Shown: positions 51,891 through 64,000 of the stretch, in pieces | Numbering within the stretch: the first letter of the stretch is position 1 | How the letters are laid out: each line of letters starts with the position of its first letter | NCBI RefSeq assembly: GCF_036321535.1 | Contig: NC_087450.1 | Span: 60,140,001 to 60,204,000 of the forward strand | DNA length: 64,000 nt | DNA from: Camelus dromedarius | Lineage: Eukaryota | Direction: 5' to 3' | Made by a program: the position numbers and the translations under genes | The notes under the pieces: model-generated | Database searches by the model: none | Seen by the model: only the letters and a program-made list of their open reading frames with translations | Told to the model about the DNA's origin: nothing

Positions 51891-54800
51891 ATCTGTTTTG
51901 ACAGTTTCATTTAAGAAGCAGTTATTGTGTAAGATGGTTTGACTAAAGTTTTCCACTTTTCTATTACTTAAACTGAACATTCTGTGACGGGAGAAATTCT
52001 CTCCAGGCTAGGCAAGCGAGAAATTACAGAAAGGACATCAATGCCTCACCATCACGGCTACCTGAGTTCTCTCTGTTTCACCCAGTGACACCGCCACTGT
52101 ATTACGGCTCAGTAAGAAGAACGAAATATGAGCTAGTAAGATCTTAATCAAGTTATTATGAAGATTTGGCTCATTGGAAACTTAGAAAAGTACCAACAGG
52201 AGTTGAAATGACGCATAATAGAAGATGACATGCTTAAATGGACATGTTTCTGAGAACTGGATATAACAGATTTTGCATCTTCTTAGGAAAAAGAAAATGT
52301 CTAATTCTGCAAAATTCAAGGTGTGGCCTAGAAGGATCATTTGCGTTTCGCCTCCTGTGGGCACTGGTGATGTTGGAGCTCGGCTGAAAATAAAAGCTTT
52401 GGGGCTTGGACAGGCCAACACCCACAAGCTTTAGAATTCAGATCAAAGAGACTTATTTTGGAAAAAAAAAAAAAAAAACAACCTTTTCATGAGAAACATG
52501 TGTAAAGCTGCAACACTTCTGCAACTGAACTGGAGATCCTCTGAGATGAAGGCAGCATATATCCTCAGGTGACCTTGGCTCCCGTCGAATGGCCCCGCGT
52601 TTCCTCCTTCAGAGAAATGGTCCACTGGACACAGGGATAAGGGAGAGCGTGTCCCCCCAGGCAATGAACATTTTCTAGAAAAGGGCAGGGTGTCAGGGTA
52701 GAAAAATCCTGCTCATTTCTGAGGATATTTTTGTTGATTTTAAGCAATCATTCTTTCTCTGCTCCAATTATGTATTTCCAATCACATATCACGTGTAGTT
52801 TTTATTTTCCATACTACTTAGTGGAAAGCCAGGCAAATAAATTAGTGAATGTAAAGCAGTGGGAGAAGTTTATAGTGACTGTATTCATTCGGGTATTGTG
52901 GAAGGCCATGATTATTTAAATCAGCCAATGGGTGGAGAAAACTTCCTGAAGGAGGTGATATTTGCTCAGATTTGATACAGGAGTCGGCATTTGAAAAGGG
53001 ACATCCTCGTTGTGAGAACAGCCTTTGCAAAAGAAAAGCAAGAAAGAGTAAATATTTAAGCAAAACAGGAGGGAAATGATGCCAGTAGGCAACAAGGCAG
53101 GAGGACCCCATCCTGCTCACAAAGCTGACTGCCAAGCCAAAGTGCAAGGAGTGTGCGGATTCTGAAAGTTCAGGTGAACGGTAAACAGAAGAGAGGCTGT
53201 GGGTGGGTTTGCAGCAGAGGTGAAATGAGATTGGCTACTTGACTCGCACAGACCACTCTGGCAACAGTTTCTGCGACGTATTTGTGGGGGGGATGGCATT
53301 TAGAAGAGGCAGGAAAGATAGGGGACTATTAATATTAATAACGTGTGAGTAACAGGGCTAGAGCCTGGATTTAGGCATAGCAGTGACATTGGTGCAATAG
53401 ATTGTGGAAGCTGGTCTCAAGAGATTTTGAGAAGGTAAAATGGATGCGACGTGGGACCACGTGAATGTGGCTTATTGGTGAAACATCATGGTGGAAAAAG
53501 AGCAGGCAATCACAGGTAGTGCCTGGAAGCATGGATGGATACTCGGAAAATGCAGCTGGCCCACCATCATGGGCACCAAACGAGGAGTTGCGTAAGTGTG
53601 CAGCAGAGAGTCTGTACTTTTCACCCATTACCACTCTAGACTTGATGAGTGCCCTTGATTTAAGACCACAGTCACTGTGAGAAGGCAAGTGAACTGCCTC
53701 CCATGAGGGGTCTTTGGTTCAGCTGCCGTAGATTAGCTGAATTTTGGTCCCTGGACAATTGGCTGGGCCACTAGACATTGGGTAAAAATCTGAAGTTGCA
53801 TTCAGGGACAAAATGGACCCTTCTTGCCCAGTAAGACATCGTATCCTTTTTGTTTATTTTCTTTCTTTAAGTTTCACCACTGATCTCTTATCGCCAACCA
53901 AACTGATTCAGCCCTATGATTAATCGTGACACGTGCATGCTGGACAAAAATGTGCAAAGTCTTTAATGATGCTGTCTCCGAAAGACAGGAGTTCACTAAT
54001 ACCTTTTCCTGCTCGATCTCTGAACAAACATTTTAATTGAGGTTACCCACGTTTCTGAAGGTCTGATGTCTTTTCAGGAGCCAGTACCAGAACCTAAACT
54101 CGGTAGGGATCAGCCCTGATTCATGGTTGGAACACTAGGATTCCAGTTGTGTTTCCATCGTAAGTAGGCGTGTGACCTTGGGCAAACCACAGGAGCTCTG
54201 CTGGATTTTTAAAACTAGGCTAACAGACTAGATAGTATTAACATCTTTTCAACTTCAGTGTCGATACAACTCCATTAAATTTGTGATGCATTCTTTTTTA
54301 GAATGGCTGCTAGAAAGGGTGTGGGATTCTGACTAAGGGAATAAGGTTTCATGAGAAAATTTGTAGAGAAATTTCAAGGGGAGCCAGAACTAGGTATAAA
54401 CGTACATGGCAGTCTAAATGAAAGGTGTTTCTCACATTTATGCTTTATTTATTAGGGTCATGGCAAGATTAAACCAAGAGAAGAAAAGAATTTTGATGTA
54501 CAGAAAACGCAACTTCTTACAAAATACAAACTACGTCACTATTAACAGTCCTTTGAATTTTGGCCGTCTTGTTTTGTTCTTCATTCATGCCTAAATTCAT
54601 CCCTCTTCAATCAACAAGAACACAAATCACCAGATTGTAGTGGGCCAGGCTTATCTCTGTCTACTTTTTATTAGGGAACCTGAGGATTTGATTACCACAT
54701 GCGCAAATGGTACAGTTCATTAGCTGCAACTATTTTCATCATTTTGAAAGGAAAAAAGAAATGGGTATTAGATTTAGAAACAAGATAAGCTTTATCTCCT

Positions 54801-56539
54801 GGGAACTAGAAGCAGAGAAGAGGTTTTGACCAAACTGAGTGGAAAACCACAATAAAGAAAACCAGTCTGGGAACCACTGTCTGGATGCACAGACACATGT
54901 CTGTGGAAGTTACACAGTCTGACATGAAGATACCGGGAGCCGAATGAGGCCATATATCCCCCAAATGGGGTGCAAATCTGGGAGACATCTGCTCCCGCTA
55001 TCCAAATAGATGAGATACCAGCTTTGTAAAACCTGTCTCACCTCCTACAGCCTCTACCTGAAATCTCTGAGATCACGGCGAACCAGCATGTGATCAAAAT
55101 AGTAGAGAAATGTTTTTTTAAAGTATTAGTGGGAGTGCAGTCAGATAAAGACATTGAAAGGGATACTGTTTAAGTCAATTCAAAGCAAATTTACAGGGTT
55201 GAAATTAGAATCACGGAGAAAATGATTCTAAACAACTTTTAATAAGCAGAGGACTGTAAATGGAAATTAATAGTAGATACGCATTGTTATTTCAAAAGTC
55301 ATAAACTCTATTGTTACTATCTTTATTTAGTATTATGTCTCTGCCATTTCTTTAAATATAATAAAATTCACGGATTAGATGGGTTCCCTTATACACTCCC
55401 CACCACGATTTTGCTGAGAAGATGTGCGACATTCTATTACTATGTGAATTTTGGTCAGACTAATAAGGTGCCTTTAAAGAAGCTATCACTTCCTTCGAGA
55501 CCCGTAAACCTGCCGCCTGACAGGTGTTATCAAGCCTTGCTATGACTTTATCTGTGTGTTTATTTATTTAGTTTGTTTGATTTCACTTTTGATTTTATTC
55601 TATTTCATTTTACCAGTGTCATTGGGGAAGATGAGTTTAAAATGAAACGCAATTTCTCTCTCCAAATACTTTGCTCCGAAGATTTGTATATAAGTTCGAT
55701 CGAATTATTTCTGTACTGAAAACTGAAGTAGAGTATGATGAATGATTATTTATGAAAAGATAAAAAGAACAGAAGAGTTCAGCATATATCTTACTAGAGA
55801 TTAGATAGGAACTGCTGAGGAAAGTCTTTACAAATAGCCTTTGTAGAGAGAAGCAAGGGTGTGTCTTATAAACACCCACCAGCGAGAACCCAGACGCAAA
55901 TGTGAAAGTAAACAACTGTATGGTCGTCCTGAATACCAGTCTGAAAGTCCCATTTTGACTTGGAAATTGGCCCACCAGGCTCTGAACTTTATGAGCTGTT
56001 ATCCTGGTTCTAAAACATACACTGTAAGAAGCAGTACCGCCGGCTGGACTGTGGAACTGCCCACATCCCCGCGGATGTGCTGTCGCTGAACTGCTCAACG
56101 TCCCTTTAAACTTCACACAGACCATCCTGAGACTGTTACACTGACCCTCGCTCAGTGCTTTTTAGACACTTTGTTTTCCTTCTATTAAAACAAGTATCTT
56201 AATAATCTCTAAATAAATCATGACTTTCTCATGAATGCATATAAAATTTTGAAGTTTTCTTTTTCAATCAGTGAAGAAAGGAACTGTAGTGAGATCTTTT
56301 TTAAATTGTCATTTTTAGTTGATCTGTTCACTTCTTCTGTTTCTAATGGGAAAATCGTGATGTTGAAAGTCAATCAGTTAAGCTTACTGGGAGCTGGCAA
56401 AGCACCGCGATAGATGTCATAGAAAACACAAAGATGGATGCATACATAAAGGGCTTACCACCTACTGAGAGCAGAGAACAAAGGCAAGTCAAACAAAAGT
56501 GGGAATTAAAGCCACTTGAAAATGTATAATTTATTGAGG

Positions 56540-57265
56540 CAGGGCTTCTGGCTATTACAGAATAAAAAGATCAGCAAATCTCCCCTCAAAACAAGTTTAA
56601 ACTAAGGAAATGTGTGAAAAACAATCCCGTAAGGGCTCTGGAAATTTTCTAGAGAAAAGCAAGAAAGTGATAAACGCTTGTTCATGAAAAACTGTTACCA
56701 CTCTGGGTAAAGTCAATGGGAGTCTCTGGCCTTTTTGCCAGAATTATTCCCATTTCTCCACCTCTAGCCAGGTTGGTTGGTCGAGTTGGTGATTTATTTT
56801 CCTGTGGGGTCACAGGAAGGAGGAAGGAGGCTGGCCTCCAAAAGCATGATTAAATTCTTCACCAGCAGCATCAGACTTGGTGCAGAGCAGAGGCTGAAAA
56901 TCTGTGCCCAGTACTATTGTCAGCAACAGTGGCATCACTGGTGGGAAGTGAACGGACAAGCCTGTGGCTCTGCTGGTCTGAAGCTGGGTCCTGGGTGGGG
57001 CGAGTGGTGGGCCAGTCAGGAATGCAGTGGGGAGTCTGAAAATAAGAGCGCCGTGGAGAGACACATGAGGTCTCCCAACCGAGATGGTTGACCCTCAAAA
57101 TAAAGACGTACCAGGGAGACTCAAGAAGGCCCAGCCCAGCAGAATTTGCAGATACTAACAACTATTTAAAAACATATAAAATAGATGAGCAGTGACTTAC
57201 TGCATAGCACAGGAAACTATACTCAATATCTTATAATTACCTATAATGGAAAAGAATATGAAAAA

Positions 57266-57297
<32 letters not shown>

Positions 57298-57710
57298 TAG
57301 TAAAAGAAGAAGAAAAAACAAAAGAAGCTCCAGCAGAAAGAAAAAGCCAGGAAGTTTGGAAGCCTGCCTATAATTTAGACGTTCTTTCCATCAAAATGGA
57401 CAGGTCCATTCCGATCCATCAACGGGGCAGACATTTCAGGGACTTCAAGGTGTGTGCAGAGCATCTTCCCAGCTGTTGTCTCATTACTGAGCAATTTAGA
57501 CACAGGGGTCTGGCCACTAGATATCAAAGTAAACTAAAATGAGAGTTGAAAATTAGGGGACCCACCAGCACCACAGATAGTAAAGGAGACACACCACCAA
57601 AAAAAAAGAAAAAAAATCTCAGGACAAAATAATTCCATCCAGAGGTGCTACAACACTATATTACCTTAAAATGTCTAGTTTTCAAGAAAAAAATGTAAGA
57701 AAAGAATTGG
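56540..57710 (+). mobile_element. Ancient L1M 5'-end relic with a nested younger L1 3'UTR piece (~57150-57300)
   Basis: Old L1 5'-end-like text; nested 'tgcatagcacaggaaactatactcaatatcttataattacctataatggaaaagaatatgaaaaag' + (TG)(TA). Confidence 0.6.
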
Positions 57711-57739
57711 TGTTGCCATCACGGCCACTGCATCCTTAC

Positions 57740-57890
57740 CTGTGAGCTCTCTTGCGGGTTCCTCTCTCCCCAGGACCTCTCGACTCCAGGACGTGAGGAG
57801 GAAAGGAAGGTGAGCCTCCCTCTCCCCAGTGCTTGCTCTCTGTCATCCGCTGGACACCCTGTTTTTGCAGACAGAGGTTGAGAGCCTCTC
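57740..57890 (-). other. Candidate 151-nt spliced exon
   Basis: Acceptor ctgtttccctctcctctgctccag| and donor CAG|gtaagg; two frames open. Confidence 0.3.
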
Positions 57891-59359
57891 CTGGAGCAGA
57901 GGAGAGGGAAACAGCCAGCCTCACGCCATCTCTCTTCTCCAGGAGATGCCGAAAGCTGAGGCCAGGATGGTATAAAATCGTCAGAGAATGCACAGTCCTC
58001 ACTTGCTTCCATCCTGCTCAGAGCAAATGTGAGACGTGGTTTTATACAGAGACACAGGGTGGGGATGCCCCAGATACTCAGTGACCAGCGAGGAGGACCC
58101 GGGGCAGACGCTGCCGAGCTGGGGGCGCGACTGGCCTTCCCAGGCTGTGCCGGGATGGAGTACTGTCCTTCCCGACTTCTGACAAAGAGAAACATTTGGT
58201 GCTGGTGTGGAGCTACGGATGTGACAGGAATCTGTCTTTATACCGTCATCAGAGATGAGCTAAGTCAATATCACTTGATAACTGATCAGTTGCAACATTC
58301 ATAAAACTGCTTCTCATTTCCTCCTCACATCACTTTAGCAGATGGTGCCTGGTATTCTAAGGGCAGAACCTGTAGGCAGAGCCGGAAGTGTGATTATGGT
58401 CCAAAGATCAAATATTTGGTACAGGTATTAGGGAGCCAATGAGACCACGATGCTGAGAGGCATGCGTGATTTACTGTTGGATTTAATCTACTTGAAAAAA
58501 AGAATCTTGGAGCGAGATTAAGAAAACCAAAACGTCATCAACTAGCACCTGAAATTTCTCAGCACCATCTGCCTGTAGCGTTAAACAAAACCCAGGAGGC
58601 TCTGGGAGAAAGAACATGGAAAATTTAATGACGAACTTCACCTGGGTAACTCGATAAATGTTACCTTTGTGGCCAGTCATTAGCCAGGAAACCCCGAAAA
58701 CCACGGAGAAGCCTGCAAAATGCTTTAGCTGTGAAAGGGGTTGCTTTCTCGGAGCATGAGACCTGGCACATAAACGCCAGTAAACTTTCTCTTACAGAAA
58801 ACTAGTTCCATTGAAACCGAGTCTTTCTCAGTCGTTAAGACGACTCCTTTCCTCTTAGTCCCCTTGGACCGGATTTCTTTTTGGTAATTCAAGCTTATAA
58901 AACACTGAAGTTTAGTGGTGGATTTATACACGTATCTGTATAGAGCTCCTCTGCAAACATTCGTGGACCCACCACAATATACCAGCACTGCCCTGAGCAC
59001 TGAGCATTAGAGTTACCCTCGGCTAAAAAGAAGATGCCACATTTCTTTAGGTACACAATGATTTTATGAATCAGTAAGGCAAAGAAGAAAGGAAAAAGCT
59101 GCTAAGGACAACTGTATGTTGGCATTGACTGTAAGATGCCCCCAGATTTTAGAGCTGTTAAAAGTGTGCCATTAAAATTCAGTGAAATTCGGGGGAAGCA
59201 TTATTCATGTAGATGTATGTTATCTTTTCTGTGTGTGTTTTATATGGCCTTTTTCTTTTCAGTGAAAACCAGGTTTTCTTAAAGAAAAGTGACATCACAG
59301 TGCATTTAAGTCTCTGGACTCATCGTTGGCCTTAAATAAAACAAAACAAACAAAACAAA

Positions 59360-60115
59360 ACAAATTTCCAGAACCGTTTTAGATTCACGGTGATATCGAG
59401 CAGAAGACACAGAGGTTTCCATATACACTTGTTCTCTCTCACACACACACACACACAGCCCCCCTATTATCAATATTCCCCACCAACGTGGTATATTTGC
59501 TATAATTCATGAACTTATATTTACACATTGGAATCACCCAAGTCCATGGTTTATATTATGGTTCTGTCTTGGTGTTGTCCATTCTGTGTGCTTGGGCAAG
59601 TGTATAATGACTTATGCCCATAATTATAGCATCCTACAGAGTATTTTCACTGTCCTAACAGTTCTCTCTGGCTCCCCTAGTCTTTCTCTCTGCCCCCATC
59701 CCAGCCCCTGGCAACCACTGGACTTTTTACTGTCTTTATAGTTTTGCCTTTTCCAGAATATCATGTAATTGGAATTATACAGTTTGTAGCCTTTTCAGGT
59801 TGACGTCGTTCACTTAGTTACATGCATTTCAGTGTCTTCCGTGTCTTTTCATGTTTCATTTGTCTGGATGTATTGCACCCATTCACCTACTGAAGGGAAT
59901 CTTGGTTGCGTCTAAATTTTGGCAGTTATGAATAAAGTTGCTATAAACATTCACGTGCAGGCTTTTATGCGGACATAAGTTTCCATCTAATCTGGGTAAA
60001 CACCACGGAGGACGATTGCTGTATGCTAAGGTAAGAGTGTGCCTAGTTTTGTAAGAAGCTGCCAAAATGTCTTCCAGAGTGACTGTGCCATCTGCATCCC
60101 CACCAGCAGTTTTAC
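59360..60115 (-). mobile_element. L1MA/MB-like 3' end
   Basis: 'gttttagattcac...cagcccctggcaaccactgg...ccattcacctactgaagggaatcttggttg...aataaagttgctataaacattc'. Confidence 0.88.
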
Positions 60116-61251
60116 TATTGTTTTCTGGCTCCAACACTAGCACATTCCCCACGTGACTCACACAACATGACCTGATGCAAAGATCCAGCCCCTGCCCACC
60201 TTCCCTACTCTGCCGGCATCCGCTCTGAACCTTTAGGTCACTGACAGGGCAAGGGCAGTGAGGAAACTTTTTGGTGATGAGGAAGGACGTAGAGAGACAG
60301 ATCTCCTTCCAGAGAGGGTCACATTGAGTTTGGAGACACTGTCATAAATACATGACAGGTGGGGAATTAGCGTTTGCCTGCAGTAGAGTTATGATGATCA
60401 CCCACTTATTTACAGAATCAGATTGCATTCCATTTTTGACATTGACTTTTTGATTTTTGTTCATTTGTTTGACATTGAAAGCCTCTCAGGAAAATTAGTG
60501 AAGTCAATCATATCTGCTGGTATAATTGTAGCGCATATGCATTATATAAACAAATACACGTGCAGAAGGAAATTTACATTGCATTATTGGGTAGCGTTTA
60601 AAGATGGATGCTTTGATGTAGGAAAGTAATTTTGAACTAAGTACAAGGGAATATAATCCTGGTTCTATATTCACTTGCTGTGAAACCTCGAAGCATTCAA
60701 TAAGCCTATCTTTTTCTCTCTTTTTGAAAAATTAAATGGGGAGAGATAGGCTTATTTTTAGAAGCTCTTTCTAATTTGAAAACTCTATTAAACACTGACT
60801 GTTCGGGTTTCCTAGGAGATAAAACACAAGATTATATTTCAAACCCCAAGATTATCCAGAAAGGATTAAGAGACATTTGTAAAGAAATGCATTTTCTTTT
60901 GTCTACCTGGACTTTAAGGAAAAAGATAATCTAAAAAGTTAGTTTAAAACCTTGGTTGCATAAATTAACTTGAAAATTGAATAATCGTATCACATGTATA
61001 CATGCTCAATCCTGTAAAGACTTTCATTTCTTAAGTAACTTTTCATTCCTTATTCATCAGTCTTGAGAAAAACCTAATCTTCATTTATCTGGCATTCAGC
61101 CCCACATTCTGCATTTCCAGGAGAAATAGGCTATATTGAAGCCTGTTTAGATAAACTTTTGTTAACAGAGTGAATGCAAGCCAGGATCACAGTCACTGTT
61201 AAAAACTCTGTTTCAGTTTAATTTTCTTTTGATGCCAAACATAAGAATATG

Positions 61252-61470
61252 CTTTTTTAATTGAAGTATAGTCAGTTATAATGTGTTAATTTTTGGTGTA
61301 CAGCGTAATGTTTTAGTCATACGTATATTCATTTTCATATTCTTCTTCAGTATAGGTTACTACAAGATATTGAATATAGTTTCCTGTGCTCTACAGAAGA
61401 AACTTGTTGTTTATCTATTTTTTATATAGTAGTTGGTATCTGCAAATCTTGAACTCCCAGTTTCTCTCTT
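61252..61470 (-). mobile_element. Lineage-specific L1 3'UTR fragment
   Basis: 'ttgaagtatagtcagttataatgtg...ttcctgtgctctacagaagaaacttg...tctgcaaatcttgaactccc'. Confidence 0.9.
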
Positions 61471-62139
61471 CCAAGTGCATTTCAAATCACAATTAATCCA
61501 GGACAGTCTTCTTTAAAAGGCCAGGCTTTGGGTAAAGGTGAGGTATTCTGTTGAGCTAAACATCTCACTGGTAACAATTAGAAACTCCGGACAAAAATTG
61601 AAAACAAAATTGTATGAGGGCCTTGGAGGGCAACCCCGAAGAGCCAGAAATTGAAGACGATGTGACCCTTCGAACTGGGTAAGATCCACATTTATGCATC
61701 TTTTCCCCGGAGGACATGCTCCAGGCCACGTGGGGGTTCTTGTAACTTCAGTTCTTTCCTGCATATAACTCATACTTTCCCTTCCGTGCATCTGGGATCT
61801 TGCTGTTTTGTAGGAATGTTCTTGTTCACTCCAACCTGTTCAGATTACTTTCACCCTTTCAAGCCGAGCTAATGGCCCAATTATTAGTGAAACCTCTGTT
61901 GACCCTGCATAACTTTCTCTTCTCCAATTTCCTAAAGGCCTTGAAGTATGTGCCACTCAGCTGCTTCTTTCTATATGCAATTTCTTATTTGATTATCCTT
62001 CAGAACAAAATATCTCCATCCTTACTAGAGTCAAATGCCTGAATCGATTGTCTCCTGGCTTTCTGCTGCACTTTTTAAGAGCACTGCGATCTCATTTCTG
62101 AAAGGTTTACCTTCTTTGAACATGTTGAGCTTTGAAGAG

Positions 62140-62310
62140 AGGTGTGCCTGGGAGTGAATTCTGGCTCTGACTTTTGACATAATGCCATCTCTATGAGCCC
62201 TACCATTTTCAGTTGTGAAATGAGAGTGATGACAGTACCTACATCGCAGGGTTGTGATGTGGCTCGAGAGATTAAGTGCCTGGTACTAAGTAGATATTCT
62301 TTCATTGCAA
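62140..62310 (+). mobile_element. MIR
   Basis: 'ccattttcagttgtgaaatgagagtgatgacagtacctacatcgcagggttgtg'. Confidence 0.75.
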
Positions 62311-62444
62311 GCCCCAGCCCCTTCTCTCAGAGCCCGTATGGTAGACTCCACAAGTAGTGCAAATTCTTCCCATCCTGACTTTGGGCTTGGCTGTTGGGAC
62401 ATTAGCAGTCAGGACTCAAGCAGGGACTTGAACAGCATGTGCGC

Positions 62445-62725
62445 TTCAGGGCTTGTTCTGACTTGTGCTTTGATGGAACACTGAGACCCCACAGTAAGGA
62501 GTCCAGGCCAGCTTACTAGGGAAGAAAGACCCCATGGAGTAGAGGGGAGCCTTCCCCAGGGAAGTCCCCCCAGGCCAAGCAGCCTACCTACTTCCAGACA
62601 CGTGGAGGCGGGATACCCAGACCGAGGTCGGCTGACCCACAGCATTGTAAGAACCAATAAAAGGTTACTATTTTAAGCCATTGTTTTTCAGGGTAATTTG
62701 TTACACGGCAAAAACTAACTGAGCC
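62445..62725 (+). mobile_element. MLT1 LTR 3' part
   Basis: 'aataaaaggttactattttaagccattg...gtaatttgttacacggcaaaaactaactga'. Confidence 0.8.
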
Positions 62726-63269
62726 AAGTGTGGCAGAACATCTTTGAGAGGTAAATAGCATACATCTGTGACTTATTAGCGTGAGTTTATCCACAGAAAT
62801 TTCAGAAAGTAAGAATGTATCAACTTCGGTTTCACAAAAGTTCAGCCAGCTCCTGAAGTATGTATAGATTGGGCTTTTATGGTATCAATATACATATATT
62901 AAAATATTCGGAAATTCATTCCCAATCATTTACGTGGAGTAATGCAATAACAGCCTATCTGGTATAACTATCCAATTTGACCTCTTCCAACAAGTTCTCA
63001 AAAATAGAGTCAAGATTTTAAATTTTAAAATAGAGTCAAAGTTAAAAAATGAACACATGCCTCTCTCTTCCAATCCCTGCTTACTTATTAAAGATTATCT
63101 TGTTCCCAACGTGAAGCCTGTATCCCCAGTAGACTCCCAGGGTCCTGCTGGAGCCAAGCACAGTCTAGATGCCATGCCCAGCCTCATCGCCTGTGTCTCC
63201 CTCTCACCTCTTCTGCTCTGTGCTGGCCACCCGGCACTCTTCAACCTTGGTGAGCTACAGGTGCGCTCC

Positions 63270-63610
63270 AAGCACCCTCCTGCCACAGGGCGGCCTTTCA
63301 GTCTAGTATGTATCCCCCCATGCTTGACGTTGTTAATTCATATTCATCCTTTGGATCTTAATTCAATAACAATTTACTCAAAGAAGCTTTCCTAATTTCT
63401 ACTTCCAGCCCTGAATTTATTTCCAGCTCCATTATGGCCTCTTGGCACCATATTCCTTTGTGAGCAATTGACATTTCTATTATCTCAAGTCCTGGTTTAA
63501 TGTCTTTCTGCCCCGTGATGTGAAATGATCCCTGAGAAAGGACACTAAGTCTACTTTTCTCACAACTGTAGTCTCAGTACATAAGAGAGCTCTAGCTCAA
63601 GATAAATCCT
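63270..63610 (+). mobile_element. L2 3' fragment
   Basis: 'ctcctgccacagggc...aagaagctttccta...gatccctgagaaagg...tctcacaactgtagtctcagtac'. Confidence 0.6.
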
Positions 63611-64000
63611 CCAGCCTCTAACTCTGATCATGACACAGTGGACCCTCTCCTGCTCTGTAAACACCAATAACATGGGCAATAGCTATGATGTAAATGCTTT
63701 CCGGCTTCCAGAGGGACCGTGGTCCTTGGGGAAAGGAATGGGCACCAAGAAAACCTACAACAGCCTCAGCTTTCTGCCTGGGGACACTTTTCTTCTGCTG
63801 TGGAAAGAATTGGAACCCAAGCAAAGCAACTGTGTGGCTAAGCTGAGAAGGCAGAAAGGGAAGTCCTGGGATGCTGCAGGGATGGGAGTCTATAGGCCAG
63901 TGCGTGGGAGAGGAGGTCGCTGGGCAGAGTGGAGGCCCTGGCAGTCTGTGTGGGGACTCACTACAGGCCAGAGGACAAAGGTTGCCCCATGCACATGCGG

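Overview
Mammalian genomic DNA, mostly non-coding and repeat-rich, with one 180-N assembly gap. The L1 3' ends are cetartiodactyl-type, and I saw no Bov-A/tA, PRE-1 or CHR-2 SINEs, so a camelid is the best guess (inference). I found no rRNA, tRNA, CRISPR array or host gene I can name. The best-supported structure is a young ~3.0-kb LINE-1 derivative at 21007-24050 (+). It has an intact YY1-bearing 5'UTR, ORF1 with one frameshift, a poly(A) tail and a target-site duplication. The inter-ORF spacer joins directly to the ORF2 C-terminus, so EN and RT are absent (half-L1 or spliced-L1 like). It sits inside an older ERV LTR. The window also holds a solo ERV LTR, many old L1M, L2, MIR, MLT1 and MER5A relics, a 13-copy 20-bp minisatellite and several microsatellites. 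A phase-compatible pair of minus-strand exons (15068-14700 and 13326-13226) may belong to an unidentified protein-coding gene, possibly extending to exons at 26.5 kb and 57.8 kb. Repeat family names come from recall of consensus sequences by eye, so boundaries are approximate. All need RepeatMasker/Dfam and BLAST confirmation.
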